DNA of 64,000 nt. It comes from Pedobacter sp. GTDB lineage: Bacteria > Desulfobacterota > Desulfuromonadia > Desulfuromonadales > Syntrophotaleaceae. The position numbers and the translations under genes are program-made. Positions within the stretch are counted from its first letter, which is position 1. Every line of letters begins with the position of its first letter. Positions 31,185-40,907 of this stretch are shown in pieces. A model generated the notes under the pieces. The model was not told the DNA's origin. It ran no database searches and saw only the letters and a list, made by a program, of their open reading frames with translations. The stretch covers positions 1,352,679 to 1,416,678 of the forward strand of contig JBFWJC010000001.1 of assembly GCA_050253415.1 (NCBI GenBank), written 5' to 3'.

Positions 31185-32732
31185 ATGGGTGAAGCAAGAG
31201 AACTGGGTCCGGAAATTCAAAGACTGCGCTATTGCGTTGATAATGAATGGAAAGAGTCGAAAACCGACAAATTTATGGCCGTCATGAATCCGAGCCTCGG
31301 GATTCAGATCGCCGAGACCCCCTGCTGTACCACTGAAGAGGTTGAGTCAGCAGTCCAGTCCGCCAAGGCGGCCTTCCCTGAGTGGTCGTCCAGGCCTGCC
31401 GCCATCCGTACCCAGGTACTGTTCAAGTTCCGTGATCTGGTAAACCAGCACTTTGATGAGCTGGCCACTATTCTCGCTACCGAGATGGGCAAGAACCTCA
31501 ACGAAGCCCGCGGCGATGTACACAAGGTTGTCGAGGCCTGCGAAGTTGCCGTTGCCACACCGCTGGAAATGCAGGGGCACTCCACCATGGAAGTTACACG
31601 CGGTCACGACTCGGTGCTGTATCGTGAGTCGGTCGGTGTTTTCCTCGGCATCGCCCCCTATAATTTCCCGGCGATGATTCCCTTTGGCTGGTTCATTCCT
31701 CTGGCCATTGCTTGCGGCAACACCGTGGTCCTGAAGTCCGCCAGCCTGGTGCCCATGACCAGCATGCGCCTGATGGAACTGCTGATCGAAGCCGGCCTGC
31801 CCAAAGGAGTCGTCAACCTGATTACCTGTAGTCGTAACGAGTTGACCGACCTGCTGTCCCATCCGGACATCCGCGGCATCTCCTTTGTTGGCTCTACCTC
31901 CGTCGGCCTTAAGATCTATTCCACCGGTGCTGCTGCAGGCAAGCGGGTGCAGGCTCTGACCCAAGCCAAGAACCATGCCCTGGTGCTGCGCGACGCCCCT
32001 CTGGACTGGTCTGCCCGCCGGATCATCAACTCGGCTTTCGGTTGTGCCGGTCAGCGCTGCATGGCGCTGCCGACCGTGGTTGTCGAAGATTGCATCGCCG
32101 ATGAATTCGTGGCTCTGCTGAAAAAGTATGCCCAGGAGTTGAAGATGGGGCCGGCCTACGAAGAGACCACCCAGTTGGGTCCCTTGGTCAGCGCTGGTCA
32201 AAAGAAATTCGTTGTCGACATGATCAACAAAGGTGTCGAAGAGGGCGCCGAGCTGATTCTCGATGGTCGCGAAACGGTTGTCGAAGGCTGCGAAGAGGGC
32301 TATTTCGTCGGCCCCACCATCTTCGACAATGTCAAGCCGGGCATGGTTGTTGGCGATGAAGAAATCTTCGGTCCGGTCGTTAGCATCAAGCGGGTCAAGG
32401 ACTTCGAAGAAGGCATCACCGTCATGAACAACAACGAGTTCGCCAACGGTTCTTCGATCTTCACCCGGGACGGCCACAAATCCCGGGAATTCGCTCGCCG
32501 GACCGACGGTGGCATGGTCGGCATTAACGTCGGTATTCCGGTGCCCCTGGCGTTCTTCCCCTTCTCCGGTCACAAGCGCTCCTTCTTTGGCGATCTTCAC
32601 TGCCTCGGTCGCGACGGGGTTAAGTTTTATACCCAGACCAAGACTGTTACCACCAAGTGGGCATCTCTGGAGGAACTCAGCGATCAGGACAAGGTTTCTA
32701 CCTGGGAAGGTACCATCAACAGAGAGCTGTAA
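31185..32732 (+). CDS. mmsA: Second CoA-acylating (methyl)malonate-semialdehyde dehydrogenase
   Basis: PYNFPAMIP, SFVGST, AKNH, GCAGQRCMA, EEIFGPV, FSGHKRSFFGD. Confidence 0.93.
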   Translation: MGEARELGPEIQRLRYCVDNEWKESKTDKFMAVMNPSLGIQIAETPCCTTEEVESAVQSAKAAFPEWSSRPAAIRTQVLFKFRDLVNQHFDELATILATEMGKNLNEARGDVHKVVEACEVAVATPLEMQGHSTMEVTRGHDSVLYRESVGVFLGIAPYNFPAMIPFGWFIPLAIACGNTVVLKSASLVPMTSMRLMELLIEAGLPKGVVNLITCSRNELTDLLSHPDIRGISFVGSTSVGLKIYSTGAAAGKRVQALTQAKNHALVLRDAPLDWSARRIINSAFGCAGQRCMALPTVVVEDCIADEFVALLKKYAQELKMGPAYEETTQLGPLVSAGQKKFVVDMINKGVEEGAELILDGRETVVEGCEEGYFVGPTIFDNVKPGMVVGDEEIFGPVVSIKRVKDFEEGITVMNNNEFANGSSIFTRDGHKSREFARRTDGGMVGINVGIPVPLAFFPFSGHKRSFFGDLHCLGRDGVKFYTQTKTVTTKWASLEELSDQDKVSTWEGTINREL

Positions 32733-32815
32733 TAGATCTCTGGCGCAATGAAAAGTCTGGCGGCCCGGCATCAAAGGGCCGGGCCGCCAGTACCTGCTTC
32801 GCTAGGGTCATAGGG

Positions 32816-33292
32816 ATGACGATGCACATTGTTAAAGACATAGATGCCCAAACCAAGGCGATTATCGTGCTGGAATACCTGCCCGGTCGTACTGTGGCAG
32901 AGATATGCCAAGAGTATGACGTTGAAACGACACAGATCTGGGAATGGCGCAAAACTTTCCTGTTGAATGTGCATAAGGTTTTTGGTTTGACTCACAAGTT
33001 TGAGATTTTGGAAAACGAGATTCTGGCGCCGGATGTCCACCGCATGGTTATTCGCGCCCCGCGGATTGCCAAGGTTCGCCAACCTGGGCAGTTTGTCATA
33101 ATCGGTGCTGAAGGGTACGGCGATGGTGTCCCCCTTACCATTGATGACGCCAATCCTTCAGAAGGCACCATTACCCTATTTGTTCATGCGGTCAGTGCAG
33201 CTTCGCGGAAACTTGTTGGAACTCCCGTGGGAGGAGGGGTTCCAGATATTACTGGACCTCTGTGGTGCAGGCATTCGGTAAGTAAACCGTGA
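32816..33292 (+). pseudogene. HTH domain fused in frame to a truncated NfnA N-terminus
   Basis: HTH, then FEILENEILAPDVHRMVIRAPRIAK..QPGQFVI...PLTI, ending shortly after GPL; lacks NAD-binding and 2Fe-2S parts. Confidence 0.75.
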
Positions 33293-33464
33293 AGAAAGAG
33301 GTTCCAAATGTTTGAGGTTCTGCAAAGCGCAGCGGATTTTTGAACTGTTCCGTCAACGGCAAGGACACGCATCGGCAACCTAGCGCAGAAAGAGTTCGGC
33401 ACTGTGTAGAGTCTTATCCGGGAAAATCCTGAATAGAGTTCCCGAGAAATGTCAAATAGAGGAG

Positions 33465-35462
33465 ATGGAAATGGCAAGAATACTCTACGGGGTATGGAAT
33501 GAAGAGATCACCGACAACCGGGACAAGCGGTTTTTCGAGATCGAAGAGCTGAAAGAGTTCGATCAGATGGATGAGTTCAATCCCGGCAATCCGGTGAAAG
33601 CGTTCCTGGGCGCCAAGGGTTTTTTTGTCTTCGACAAGGAGACCAGCATTCTTGACGCCGCTCATCAGTATGTCGCCACTGCAGCCAAGGAGTCCTGCGG
33701 CAAATGTACGCCCTGCCGTGTGGGCACCGAGGTGCTCACCTCAAAGCTGGAAGCTCTCAGCAAGGGCGAGATCGGCGCCGATGCCGTGGATGAGATTCTG
33801 ACCCTGGCCGAACATATCAAGTCCACCTCCATGTGCGGGCTGGGGCAGACCGCCACCGAACCCCTTATCGCCATGCTCCGGCATTTCAGGGATGAATTTG
33901 AGATCAGTATCGGCCGGTATGACGAGACAGGAAAGCAGGCGTACACCGACTACGTGACCGCCCCATGCATAGAGCAGTGTCCCTCTCGGGTAGACATCCC
34001 ACGCTACATCGAGTATGTGAAGGACAGCAAATTCGACCGTTCCATAGGCGTGATTCTGAAGAAATACCCCATGGCCGCCACCTGCGGTCGCGTGTGCGTG
34101 CGCTTCTGCGAGGCCGCCTGCCGCCGCAGCCGCGTGGACGAGCCCGTGGGCATCAAGGTGCTTAAGCGATTCGTGGCCGACAAGGAGCGCTACGTCACAG
34201 ATCAGTGGTTCAACGAAGACCTCATCTCTGAAAAGAAGGGCGATGACTTGAGGGTAGCCGTCATCGGCGCGGGCCCGGCCGGTATCTCCGCGGCCTATCA
34301 TCTGCTGCTCAAGGGCTATCCCGTGGACGTGTACGAGTCCCTCACCGAACCCGGCGGAATGGCGGGCGTGGGCATTCCAAAATACCGTCTGCCCAAGGAC
34401 GAGATTCTCAACAAAGAGGTGAGCATCATCGAGTCGCTGGGTGGACATATCCATTATGGCAAGAAGATGGGCAAGGATTTCTCCCTCGACGATCTGATTA
34501 GGCAGGGGTACAAGTCGGTCTTCATCGGTGTGGGCGCCCACAGGGGCAAGAAGTTGAAAGTGGCCGGCGAAGACGACTCTCTGGAAGGCTATATCAGTGG
34601 CGTCAGGTTCCTTCTTTACATCAACCAGCATGTCCTCAATGAAGAGCAGAGTGAATTCCCGGTGAAGCTGGGCAAGAAGCTGCTGGTGATGGGTGGTGGA
34701 AATGTGGCCATGGACTGCGCTCGCTCCGCCCTGCGCATGGGTGTTGAAGAGGTACATGTGGCCTACCGCCGCGCCGAAGAGCAGATGCCCGCCGACGTGG
34801 AGGAGATCCACGCGGCCAAGGAGGAGGGAATTCACTTCCATTTCCTCAGCCAGCCCGTTCGGGTGATCTCCGAAAAGAGACAGGTCACCGGCATTGAATT
34901 CGTTGAGATGGAGCTGGGCGAGATGGACTCCAGCGGACGCCGGGGCGTGACTCCTAAGCCGGGCTCGGAATTCATCATCGATGCCGACAACGTGGTGGTC
35001 GCCATCGGCCAGGAGGTAGATGCCTCCTTTCTCAGCGATGACGACGGGATGGAGCTCGATCGCTGGGAGTGCCTTAAGACCGACGACCATCTGGCCACCA
35101 CCCGCAAGGGTGTGTTCGCCGGTGGCGATTGCGTGCTGGGCCCAGCCACCCTGATCCAGGCCATGGCCCAGGGCGAGAAGGCGGCACGATCCATAGACGA
35201 GTATTTGACTTACGGCCGACCCCAGTTCGATTCGGACCGGCGCATGAGCCAGATCGTCGAGTGCGTCCGTAAGCATGCCGACGACGACGTGATCCAGCCC
35301 GTAAAGCATCAGTACCGGGTGCGCATCGAGGAGCTGGAGCCCGAAAAGCGGAAAGAGATCTTCGAGGAGGTTGAGAAGGTCATCACTGCGGAGGAGGCGT
35401 TCCGCGAGGCGGATCGGTGTTTGCGGTGTTATCGGATTTATTCTGTGATAACGGATCACTAA
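33465..35462 (+). CDS. Hydrogenase-associated NAD(P)H oxidoreductase: NuoF-type 4Fe-4S domain plus GltD/NfnB-like flavoprotein
   Basis: ESCGKCTPCRVG...SMCGLGQ; APCIEQCP...CGRVCVRFCEAAC; GAGPAG; GGGNVAMDCAR; YRR; EADRCLRC. Confidence 0.9.
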   Translation: MEMARILYGVWNEEITDNRDKRFFEIEELKEFDQMDEFNPGNPVKAFLGAKGFFVFDKETSILDAAHQYVATAAKESCGKCTPCRVGTEVLTSKLEALSKGEIGADAVDEILTLAEHIKSTSMCGLGQTATEPLIAMLRHFRDEFEISIGRYDETGKQAYTDYVTAPCIEQCPSRVDIPRYIEYVKDSKFDRSIGVILKKYPMAATCGRVCVRFCEAACRRSRVDEPVGIKVLKRFVADKERYVTDQWFNEDLISEKKGDDLRVAVIGAGPAGISAAYHLLLKGYPVDVYESLTEPGGMAGVGIPKYRLPKDEILNKEVSIIESLGGHIHYGKKMGKDFSLDDLIRQGYKSVFIGVGAHRGKKLKVAGEDDSLEGYISGVRFLLYINQHVLNEEQSEFPVKLGKKLLVMGGGNVAMDCARSALRMGVEEVHVAYRRAEEQMPADVEEIHAAKEEGIHFHFLSQPVRVISEKRQVTGIEFVEMELGEMDSSGRRGVTPKPGSEFIIDADNVVVAIGQEVDASFLSDDDGMELDRWECLKTDDHLATTRKGVFAGGDCVLGPATLIQAMAQGEKAARSIDEYLTYGRPQFDSDRRMSQIVECVRKHADDDVIQPVKHQYRVRIEELEPEKRKEIFEEVEKVITAEEAFREADRCLRCYRIYSVITDH

Positions 35463-35568
35463 TGGTTTAGCAAACATAAAAGCCGTAATACTCATTAGAG
35501 AGAAATGAGTATCTTCAGTTAAAATTTCATGCGCTATTTAGCGTTGACAAATCTTTTAGGAGATTGCA

Positions 35569-37365
35569 ATGCAAGGGACCATCAACGGAAAACTGGTGGA
35601 ATTCGGGGAGAACGAGACCATTCTCCAGACCGCGAGACGTTATGATATGTTTATCCCCACCCTTTGCGAGCTGGAGAATCTCGACCACACGCCCGGCACC
35701 TGCCGCGTCTGTCTGGTGGAGATCAAGCGCAAGGGGGATGACTTCACCCAGATCGTGACCTCGTGCAATACGCCCATGGAGGAGGGCAACGAGGTGCAGA
35801 CCCGCAGCCGCAAGGTGCGCGAGCAGCAGCGTCTACAGGTGAATCTGCTGCTCACCGATCATGAAGAGGACTGCGCCACATGCGTGCGCCACGGCGACTG
35901 TGAGCTGCAGGACGTGGCTCAGTTCGTGGGCTTGAAAGAGGCGCGCTTCAAATACGACTTCTCCAGCGGCCGCACCAAGGATGCCAGCTCTCCGTCGGTG
36001 GTCCGCGACATGACCAAGTGCATCCGCTGCGGACGTTGCGTGACCATCTGCCGCGAAGTGCAGGGCACGGACGTGCTGTTCTACGAGAATAAGGGCGTCA
36101 ACTCCGAGATTGGCGTACGTGACAGCGATCTCTTGAACACATCGGACTGCGTGAGCTGCGGCCAGTGCACCCTGGTCTGTCCCGTGGGCGCCCTGGCCGA
36201 ACGGGACGATACCGAAGAGGTGATTGACTACCTCAACGATCCTGAGATGTTCACCGTAGTCCAGTTCGCTCCGGCCACCCGCGTGGCCCTGGGCGAGGAG
36301 TTCAACTTGAAGCCCGGCAGCAACGTGGAGGGCCAGATGATCACCGCCTTCCGCAAGCTGGGCGCCGATGTGGTGCTGGACACAAACTTCACGGCCGACG
36401 TGGTCATCATGGAGGAGGGTAGCGAACTGCTTCACCGCGTGAAAGAGGGCGGCACCCTGCCCATGCTCACATCCTGCTCCCCCGGCTGGATCAACTATGT
36501 GGAGAAATTCTATCCCGATATGGTCTCCAATCTCTCCACCACCAAGTCGCCTCAGCAGTGTCTGGGTGCCATCGCCAAAACCTATCTGGCCGAGAAGATG
36601 GAGATCGATCCGGCCAAGATGCGCGTCATCTCCATCATGCCATGCACGGCAAAGAAGGAGGAGGCCAAGCGTCCCGAATTCACCATCGGCGAACGTCCCG
36701 AGGTGGATGTGGTGCTCACCACCCGCGAGTTCGGCTCGCTACTGAAACGGGAAGGCATCTGGCTGCCCGATCTGGAGGAGGGCAAGTTCGACAATCCCTG
36801 GATGGGTGTGGCCACGGGCGCAGCCGAGATCTTTGGTTCAACCGGCGGTGTAATGGAGGCGGCGGTGCGCACCGTGCACTACATCGTCAAGGGCGAGGAG
36901 CTCCCTGGCGTGGACCTAAAAGCCGTGCGCGGCCTGGAGGGCATTCGTGAAGCCAGCGTGGATCTGGGCGAACTGGGCACGGTGAACGTGGCCATCGCCA
37001 ACAGCCTGAAATCCGCGAGAGAGCTGGTGGGTCGGGTACGCAGCGGCGAGAAGGAGTACCACTTCATCGAGGTCATGGCCTGCCCCGGCGGTTGTATGGG
37101 AGGTGGAGGCCAACCCAAGCACAAGCACAACTACCGTGAATTTCTCACGGCGCGTCAGAAGGCCATCTACGACATCGACGCCAGCAGCGAACTGCGCCAG
37201 TCCCACCGCAATCCCCTGGTGAAGGAGATGTACGACAGCTACTTCGGCGAACCCTACTCGTCCGAGAGGTCGCATAAATATCTTCACACCACCTATTCGG
37301 ACAAGAAGCGGACGGTGAAACACACCATCAAGGAGATCTGGGATGAGCTGTCGGAAGGCCGGTAG
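35569..37365 (+). CDS. hydA: [FeFe]-hydrogenase catalytic subunit (group A, HndD-like architecture)
   Basis: H-cluster motifs TSCSPGW, MPCTAKKEE, EVMACPGGCMGGGGQP; N-terminal 2Fe-2S, His-ligated and 2x4Fe-4S motifs. Confidence 0.95.
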   Translation: MQGTINGKLVEFGENETILQTARRYDMFIPTLCELENLDHTPGTCRVCLVEIKRKGDDFTQIVTSCNTPMEEGNEVQTRSRKVREQQRLQVNLLLTDHEEDCATCVRHGDCELQDVAQFVGLKEARFKYDFSSGRTKDASSPSVVRDMTKCIRCGRCVTICREVQGTDVLFYENKGVNSEIGVRDSDLLNTSDCVSCGQCTLVCPVGALAERDDTEEVIDYLNDPEMFTVVQFAPATRVALGEEFNLKPGSNVEGQMITAFRKLGADVVLDTNFTADVVIMEEGSELLHRVKEGGTLPMLTSCSPGWINYVEKFYPDMVSNLSTTKSPQQCLGAIAKTYLAEKMEIDPAKMRVISIMPCTAKKEEAKRPEFTIGERPEVDVVLTTREFGSLLKREGIWLPDLEEGKFDNPWMGVATGAAEIFGSTGGVMEAAVRTVHYIVKGEELPGVDLKAVRGLEGIREASVDLGELGTVNVAIANSLKSARELVGRVRSGEKEYHFIEVMACPGGCMGGGGQPKHKHNYREFLTARQKAIYDIDASSELRQSHRNPLVKEMYDSYFGEPYSSERSHKYLHTTYSDKKRTVKHTIKEIWDELSEGR

Positions 37366-37433
37366 GGACGGTGCAAGCTGCATCCCTACAATCGGAGCAA
37401 CAGTAGGTTGTAGCCTTCGGCGGCAAAAGCCTC
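37362..37433 (+). repeat. GTAG-type REP-like palindromes
   Basis: GTAGGGACGGTGCAAGCTGCATCCCTAC overlapping the hydA stop codon; second GTAGG unit at 37403. Confidence 0.5.
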
Positions 37434-37827
37434 CCGAACGTTTCAAGATGTCGGCAACTGAAATTCTTCTACTGGATAGTTGATTAAGTACTTTGCCGGG
37501 AGTTGAAAAAAGCCGCGGATAGGAAAATCAGCGGCTCCCCGGTTCAATGGGGAGCCGTTTGTTTGGAGTGACTGTATTGTTAGAATCGGTTTGTTCCCAA
37601 GGTAGCACATACCATGGAGGCCCTGGCCATGCAGGTGGCTGATGTGCAAACATCGAGGGAACATTAGTTAAAAAAAGCTGGGGCCACATGATAAGATTCT
37701 GCAGTTGGTGTAACAGTACGCTGCGCTGGTCAACTAAGTTCAAGGGGAAAACCCAGGGCATCTGCCTGAATTGTTTGCGCAAGCATTTCTCGGACGAGGC
37801 GAAAGATATTCTCCGGGCCGTGGAGGA

Positions 37828-38790
37828 ATGATGAAAAACATAAGGCAAACCTTGCAAGGGAAGCCGCGCCTGGGCGCAGTGGCAGCCCTGGTTTTATTGT
37901 CCCTGATCTGGGGCTACAACTGGGTGGTGATGAAAATCGCGTTGCAGGATGCGCCTCCTTTGTTGTTCGCTGCTCTGCGAACCTTTCTCGGCGCGATCTG
38001 TCTGTTACCCATTCTCTACTTTCAGGGCCGTTTGCGCTGCCCGCAAAACCCGTTGCAGATTGTCCTGCTCGGTCTGCTTCAGACGACCGGTTTCATTGGT
38101 TTTATGACGTGGGCCTTGCTGGCCGGAGCAGCGGGGAAAACCGCCATGCTGGTCTATCTGATGCCTTTTTGGGTACTGATCCTGGCAGGAATTTTCCTCA
38201 ATGAAAGACTGGACTCCTGGCAGCGACTGGTCATGGTTCCGGCATTTGGCGGGTTGGTGCTGATACTCGAACCGTGGCACTTTTCTGGCGATCTCACTCC
38301 CAAGTTCCTTGCTCTGGGCTCCGGCCTTTGCTGGGCCGGAGGATCGGTGCTGGGAAAACGGCTCTGTAAAACCACCCACGCGGACCTTCTTGGTCTCACC
38401 GCCTGGCAGATGTTGCTGGGCTCCCTTCCGCTGGCGGCAGCCTGCTTCCTGATCCCTGAATCACCGGTCACTTGGTCTAGCTATCTGCTGGCGGCGCTAG
38501 CTTATAACGTTGTCCTCTGTAATGCTCTGGCCTTTATTCTCTGGTTTTACATCCTTAAAAAGCTGCCGGCCGGCATCGCCGGTCTGGGGAGCCTCGGCAC
38601 TCCTCTGCTCGGTGTGCTGGCTGCCTGGGTGCAGCTGGGAGAGCGACCGGGCCTTTCCGCCGGGATAGGGATGGGGCTAATCGCCTGTGCCCTCTTTTTG
38701 TTATGTCGTTCCTGGCGAGGGGTTGGGTGCCGGCAAAAAAGACCCAGGAACCTTGAACCCAATGAGGAACTCGCGCGCCAATTGCATTAA
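37828..38790 (+). CDS. EamA/DMT-family transporter
   Basis: LIWGYNWVVMK, PPLLFAALR, LVYLMPFWV...LNERL, LGERP; GGAGG RBS. Confidence 0.92.
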   Translation: MMKNIRQTLQGKPRLGAVAALVLLSLIWGYNWVVMKIALQDAPPLLFAALRTFLGAICLLPILYFQGRLRCPQNPLQIVLLGLLQTTGFIGFMTWALLAGAAGKTAMLVYLMPFWVLILAGIFLNERLDSWQRLVMVPAFGGLVLILEPWHFSGDLTPKFLALGSGLCWAGGSVLGKRLCKTTHADLLGLTAWQMLLGSLPLAAACFLIPESPVTWSSYLLAALAYNVVLCNALAFILWFYILKKLPAGIAGLGSLGTPLLGVLAAWVQLGERPGLSAGIGMGLIACALFLLCRSWRGVGCRQKRPRNLEPNEELARQLH

Positions 38791-38805
38791 TGTGGTAGTT
38801 GGGTT

Positions 38806-39123
38806 GTGGTCGGTACAGTGGGTTGTGTTTGCAGAACAAGGGTAATCTTTGAGATTAATAATAACCTATGCAAGGGCTGCGGCTTGTGCAAGGCAGCTTG
38901 TCCTCGGAGTTTGCTTGTGTTGAGAAAGCAGGAAGGCTTTACGGATTTTTCTTTTGCGTTCATTCGAGAAACAGTCAACTGCGCTGGCTGCGCGATGTGC
39001 GCTTCCGTATGCCCAGATATTGCGATTTGCGTTTATGCGCGAACAAAAAATAAATACACTTTGGAACGCAGTCGGGCTTTTTCGATTGTTAAGAAAAAAA
39101 TCAGAGAAGGGTCGGGTAGATGA
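38806..39123 (+). CDS. 2x[4Fe-4S] ferredoxin (2-oxoacid oxidoreductase delta-like), possibly decaying
   Basis: CKGCGLCKAACP and CAGCAMCASVCPD; start uncertain. Confidence 0.65.
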   Translation: MVGTVGCVCRTRVIFEINNNLCKGCGLCKAACPRSLLVLRKQEGFTDFSFAFIRETVNCAGCAMCASVCPDIAICVYARTKNKYTLERSRAFSIVKKKIREGSGR

Positions 39124-39455
39124 TTAAATTAAATGGTAAATTGAATGCCCGCCAATGGGGCCGGTCAGATATTCATGCAGCATTACCCCTATACTAAAGC
39201 CGCCGGGAAAAGACTGTAGAGGGTTGCCAGATCCGGTGTAATAAGTGAAAGTCCCCTTACGTCTGGTGGCTTCAGGAGATTTATACAGGGAAGTGCTTTC
39301 CATAAACAATTACGGATTAAGGTACATTGCTGGCCGAGGTTGGTCCTAAGGCCTATGCTTATATAGAGGAGTATTGATACTCATTATCCTTCGTAACAGA
39401 AAATCTTTCTTTTTTTACTTGCTTGCTGCCGCTTTCTGGTCGGAGTAGAGAATTC

Positions 39456-39650
39456 ATGACCCCGACCATAGTAGTTTTGAAAGATGATCAGACAGGCCAG
39501 GAACTTCTCGAAGAAGCTTTGTAGGTTTTAGATCCTGCTGTCACAGGCATTTCTGTTCATTTTGAGCACTTTGATCTGAGTCTGGAAAATCGTCGTAAAA
39601 CTAGGAATAAGGTAGTCTACGAAGCCGCTGAAGCCATTGATAACTATCTC
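39456..39650 (+). pseudogene. Isocitrate/isopropylmalate dehydrogenase-family 5' remnant
   Basis: MTPTIVVLKDDQTGQELLEEAL*VLDPAV...FDLSLENRRKT.NKVVYEAAEAI with an in-frame stop. Confidence 0.65.
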
Positions 39651-39825
39651 AGTCGAGTATGAAAGCTAAATCAAGAATTTCCATGCGACTGTATATACCC
39701 AGTTTGGATGAGATTTGAGCGATTTTCATAGGTGAAAGTGACTGTCAGAATGGGCACTCAAAATCATACGAGTTGGCAGGCAAAGAGGAGGTCACTCGAG
39801 CCTTCGACTTGGAGCGTGAGGGGCT

Positions 39826-40035
39826 ATGATCATTATCTGCAGCTGGTGTAGTGCCAGGATCGGTTGGGTTAACTATTCCAAAGGCGAAAGCCACGGAATC
39901 TGTTTGAATTGTTTGCAGGAATTTTTCCCAATAGAGGCGAAAAGTATCATTCGCAAGATGCGCACCGACGCTCTGGCTACGCGTATTGGTAAGCAAGGTA
40001 ATTGCAATAATGATGGTTGCCCTGTACCTGCTTGA
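39826..40035 (+). CDS. Small Zn-ribbon protein
   Basis: CSWC...SHGICLNC; GAGGGG RBS. Confidence 0.6.
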   Translation: MIIICSWCSARIGWVNYSKGESHGICLNCLQEFFPIEAKSIIRKMRTDALATRIGKQGNCNNDGCPVPA

Positions 40036-40143
40036 CTCTCATTTAAGTCACGATAATTGGTTTGATTCCAGAAGTAATGTTGATCCAATAAAAGACGGAG
40101 CTCAATACTCCGCCCCTTTTGTTGGTGCGATTTTTTTAGGCAA

Positions 40144-40884
40144 TCAAATCGCCTCTTTGGGCGTTGGTTTTTTTTCTTCGTTTTCTCGCAGAGCTTCCAG
40201 TTCTTTTTCCACATCGCAAATATGGGCAAACATGTGTTTTTCTGCCCCGTCGGCATCCCCTGATTTGATCGCTTCAAAGATCTTCTCGTGGGAGTCCAGG
40301 ACATGCTGCGAAAACTCCTGTCCCGGATTTATGTGCGTTTTGATGTCCGTGAGCATGCTGTTGACAAAATCAAGAATCATGACCATCACAGGATTCCTGC
40401 TGGCTTGAGCAAGGAAAACATGAAAATCAATTTCTTCTTTGACACCTACCACGTTTTTTTTCTTTTCGAATATTTTCCGACATTTTCGGTCGATTTCTTC
40501 AAGTTTATCGATTTCCTGAGCACTGAAACGCTCTGCCGCAAGCCTTGCAAGGTAAGGTTCAACAATCTTTCGGATTTCAGAAAGATCCTTGACGGAAACA
40601 TTTTGAAAGTGAAGGAAATTGGCAATGGAGTCACGGGTCGTTTCCATATCGACTTCACTGACAACCGGCCCGCCTCCAGCACCTCGCTTGATCTCAATAA
40701 ACCCCATAGCTTCCAAACTACGTAGCGCTTCACGTAAGGTGTGTTTACTGACACCAAATTGCGTAATCAGATCCTTTTCCGGAGGCAGACACTGACCGGC
40801 TTGTAACTGACCCTTTAAAATCGCATCTCGCACCTGGCGGATAATGTGTGTTGACATTTTGTCATGGCTTGCTGATCTGAACAT
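40144..40884 (-). CDS. FadR/GntR-family transcriptional regulator
   Basis: LPPEKDL...FGVSKHTLREALRSLE..G.IEIKRGAGGG wHTH; FCD domain (EIRKIVEP, FH..LAQAS.N, H..IFEAI..GD...M..HI). Confidence 0.96.
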   Translation of the reverse strand: MFRSASHDKMSTHIIRQVRDAILKGQLQAGQCLPPEKDLITQFGVSKHTLREALRSLEAMGFIEIKRGAGGGPVVSEVDMETTRDSIANFLHFQNVSVKDLSEIRKIVEPYLARLAAERFSAQEIDKLEEIDRKCRKIFEKKKNVVGVKEEIDFHVFLAQASRNPVMVMILDFVNSMLTDIKTHINPGQEFSQHVLDSHEKIFEAIKSGDADGAEKHMFAHICDVEKELEALRENEEKKPTPKEAI

Positions 40885-40907
40885 GTTGACCTCGATATAT
40901 GTTTATA

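Noticed and set aside
31347..35495. Long antisense ORFs (31347-32774, 33741-35495; likewise 2030-3163 and 26064-27038)
   Set aside because: Shadow frames of GC-rich genes with clear motifs on the opposite strand
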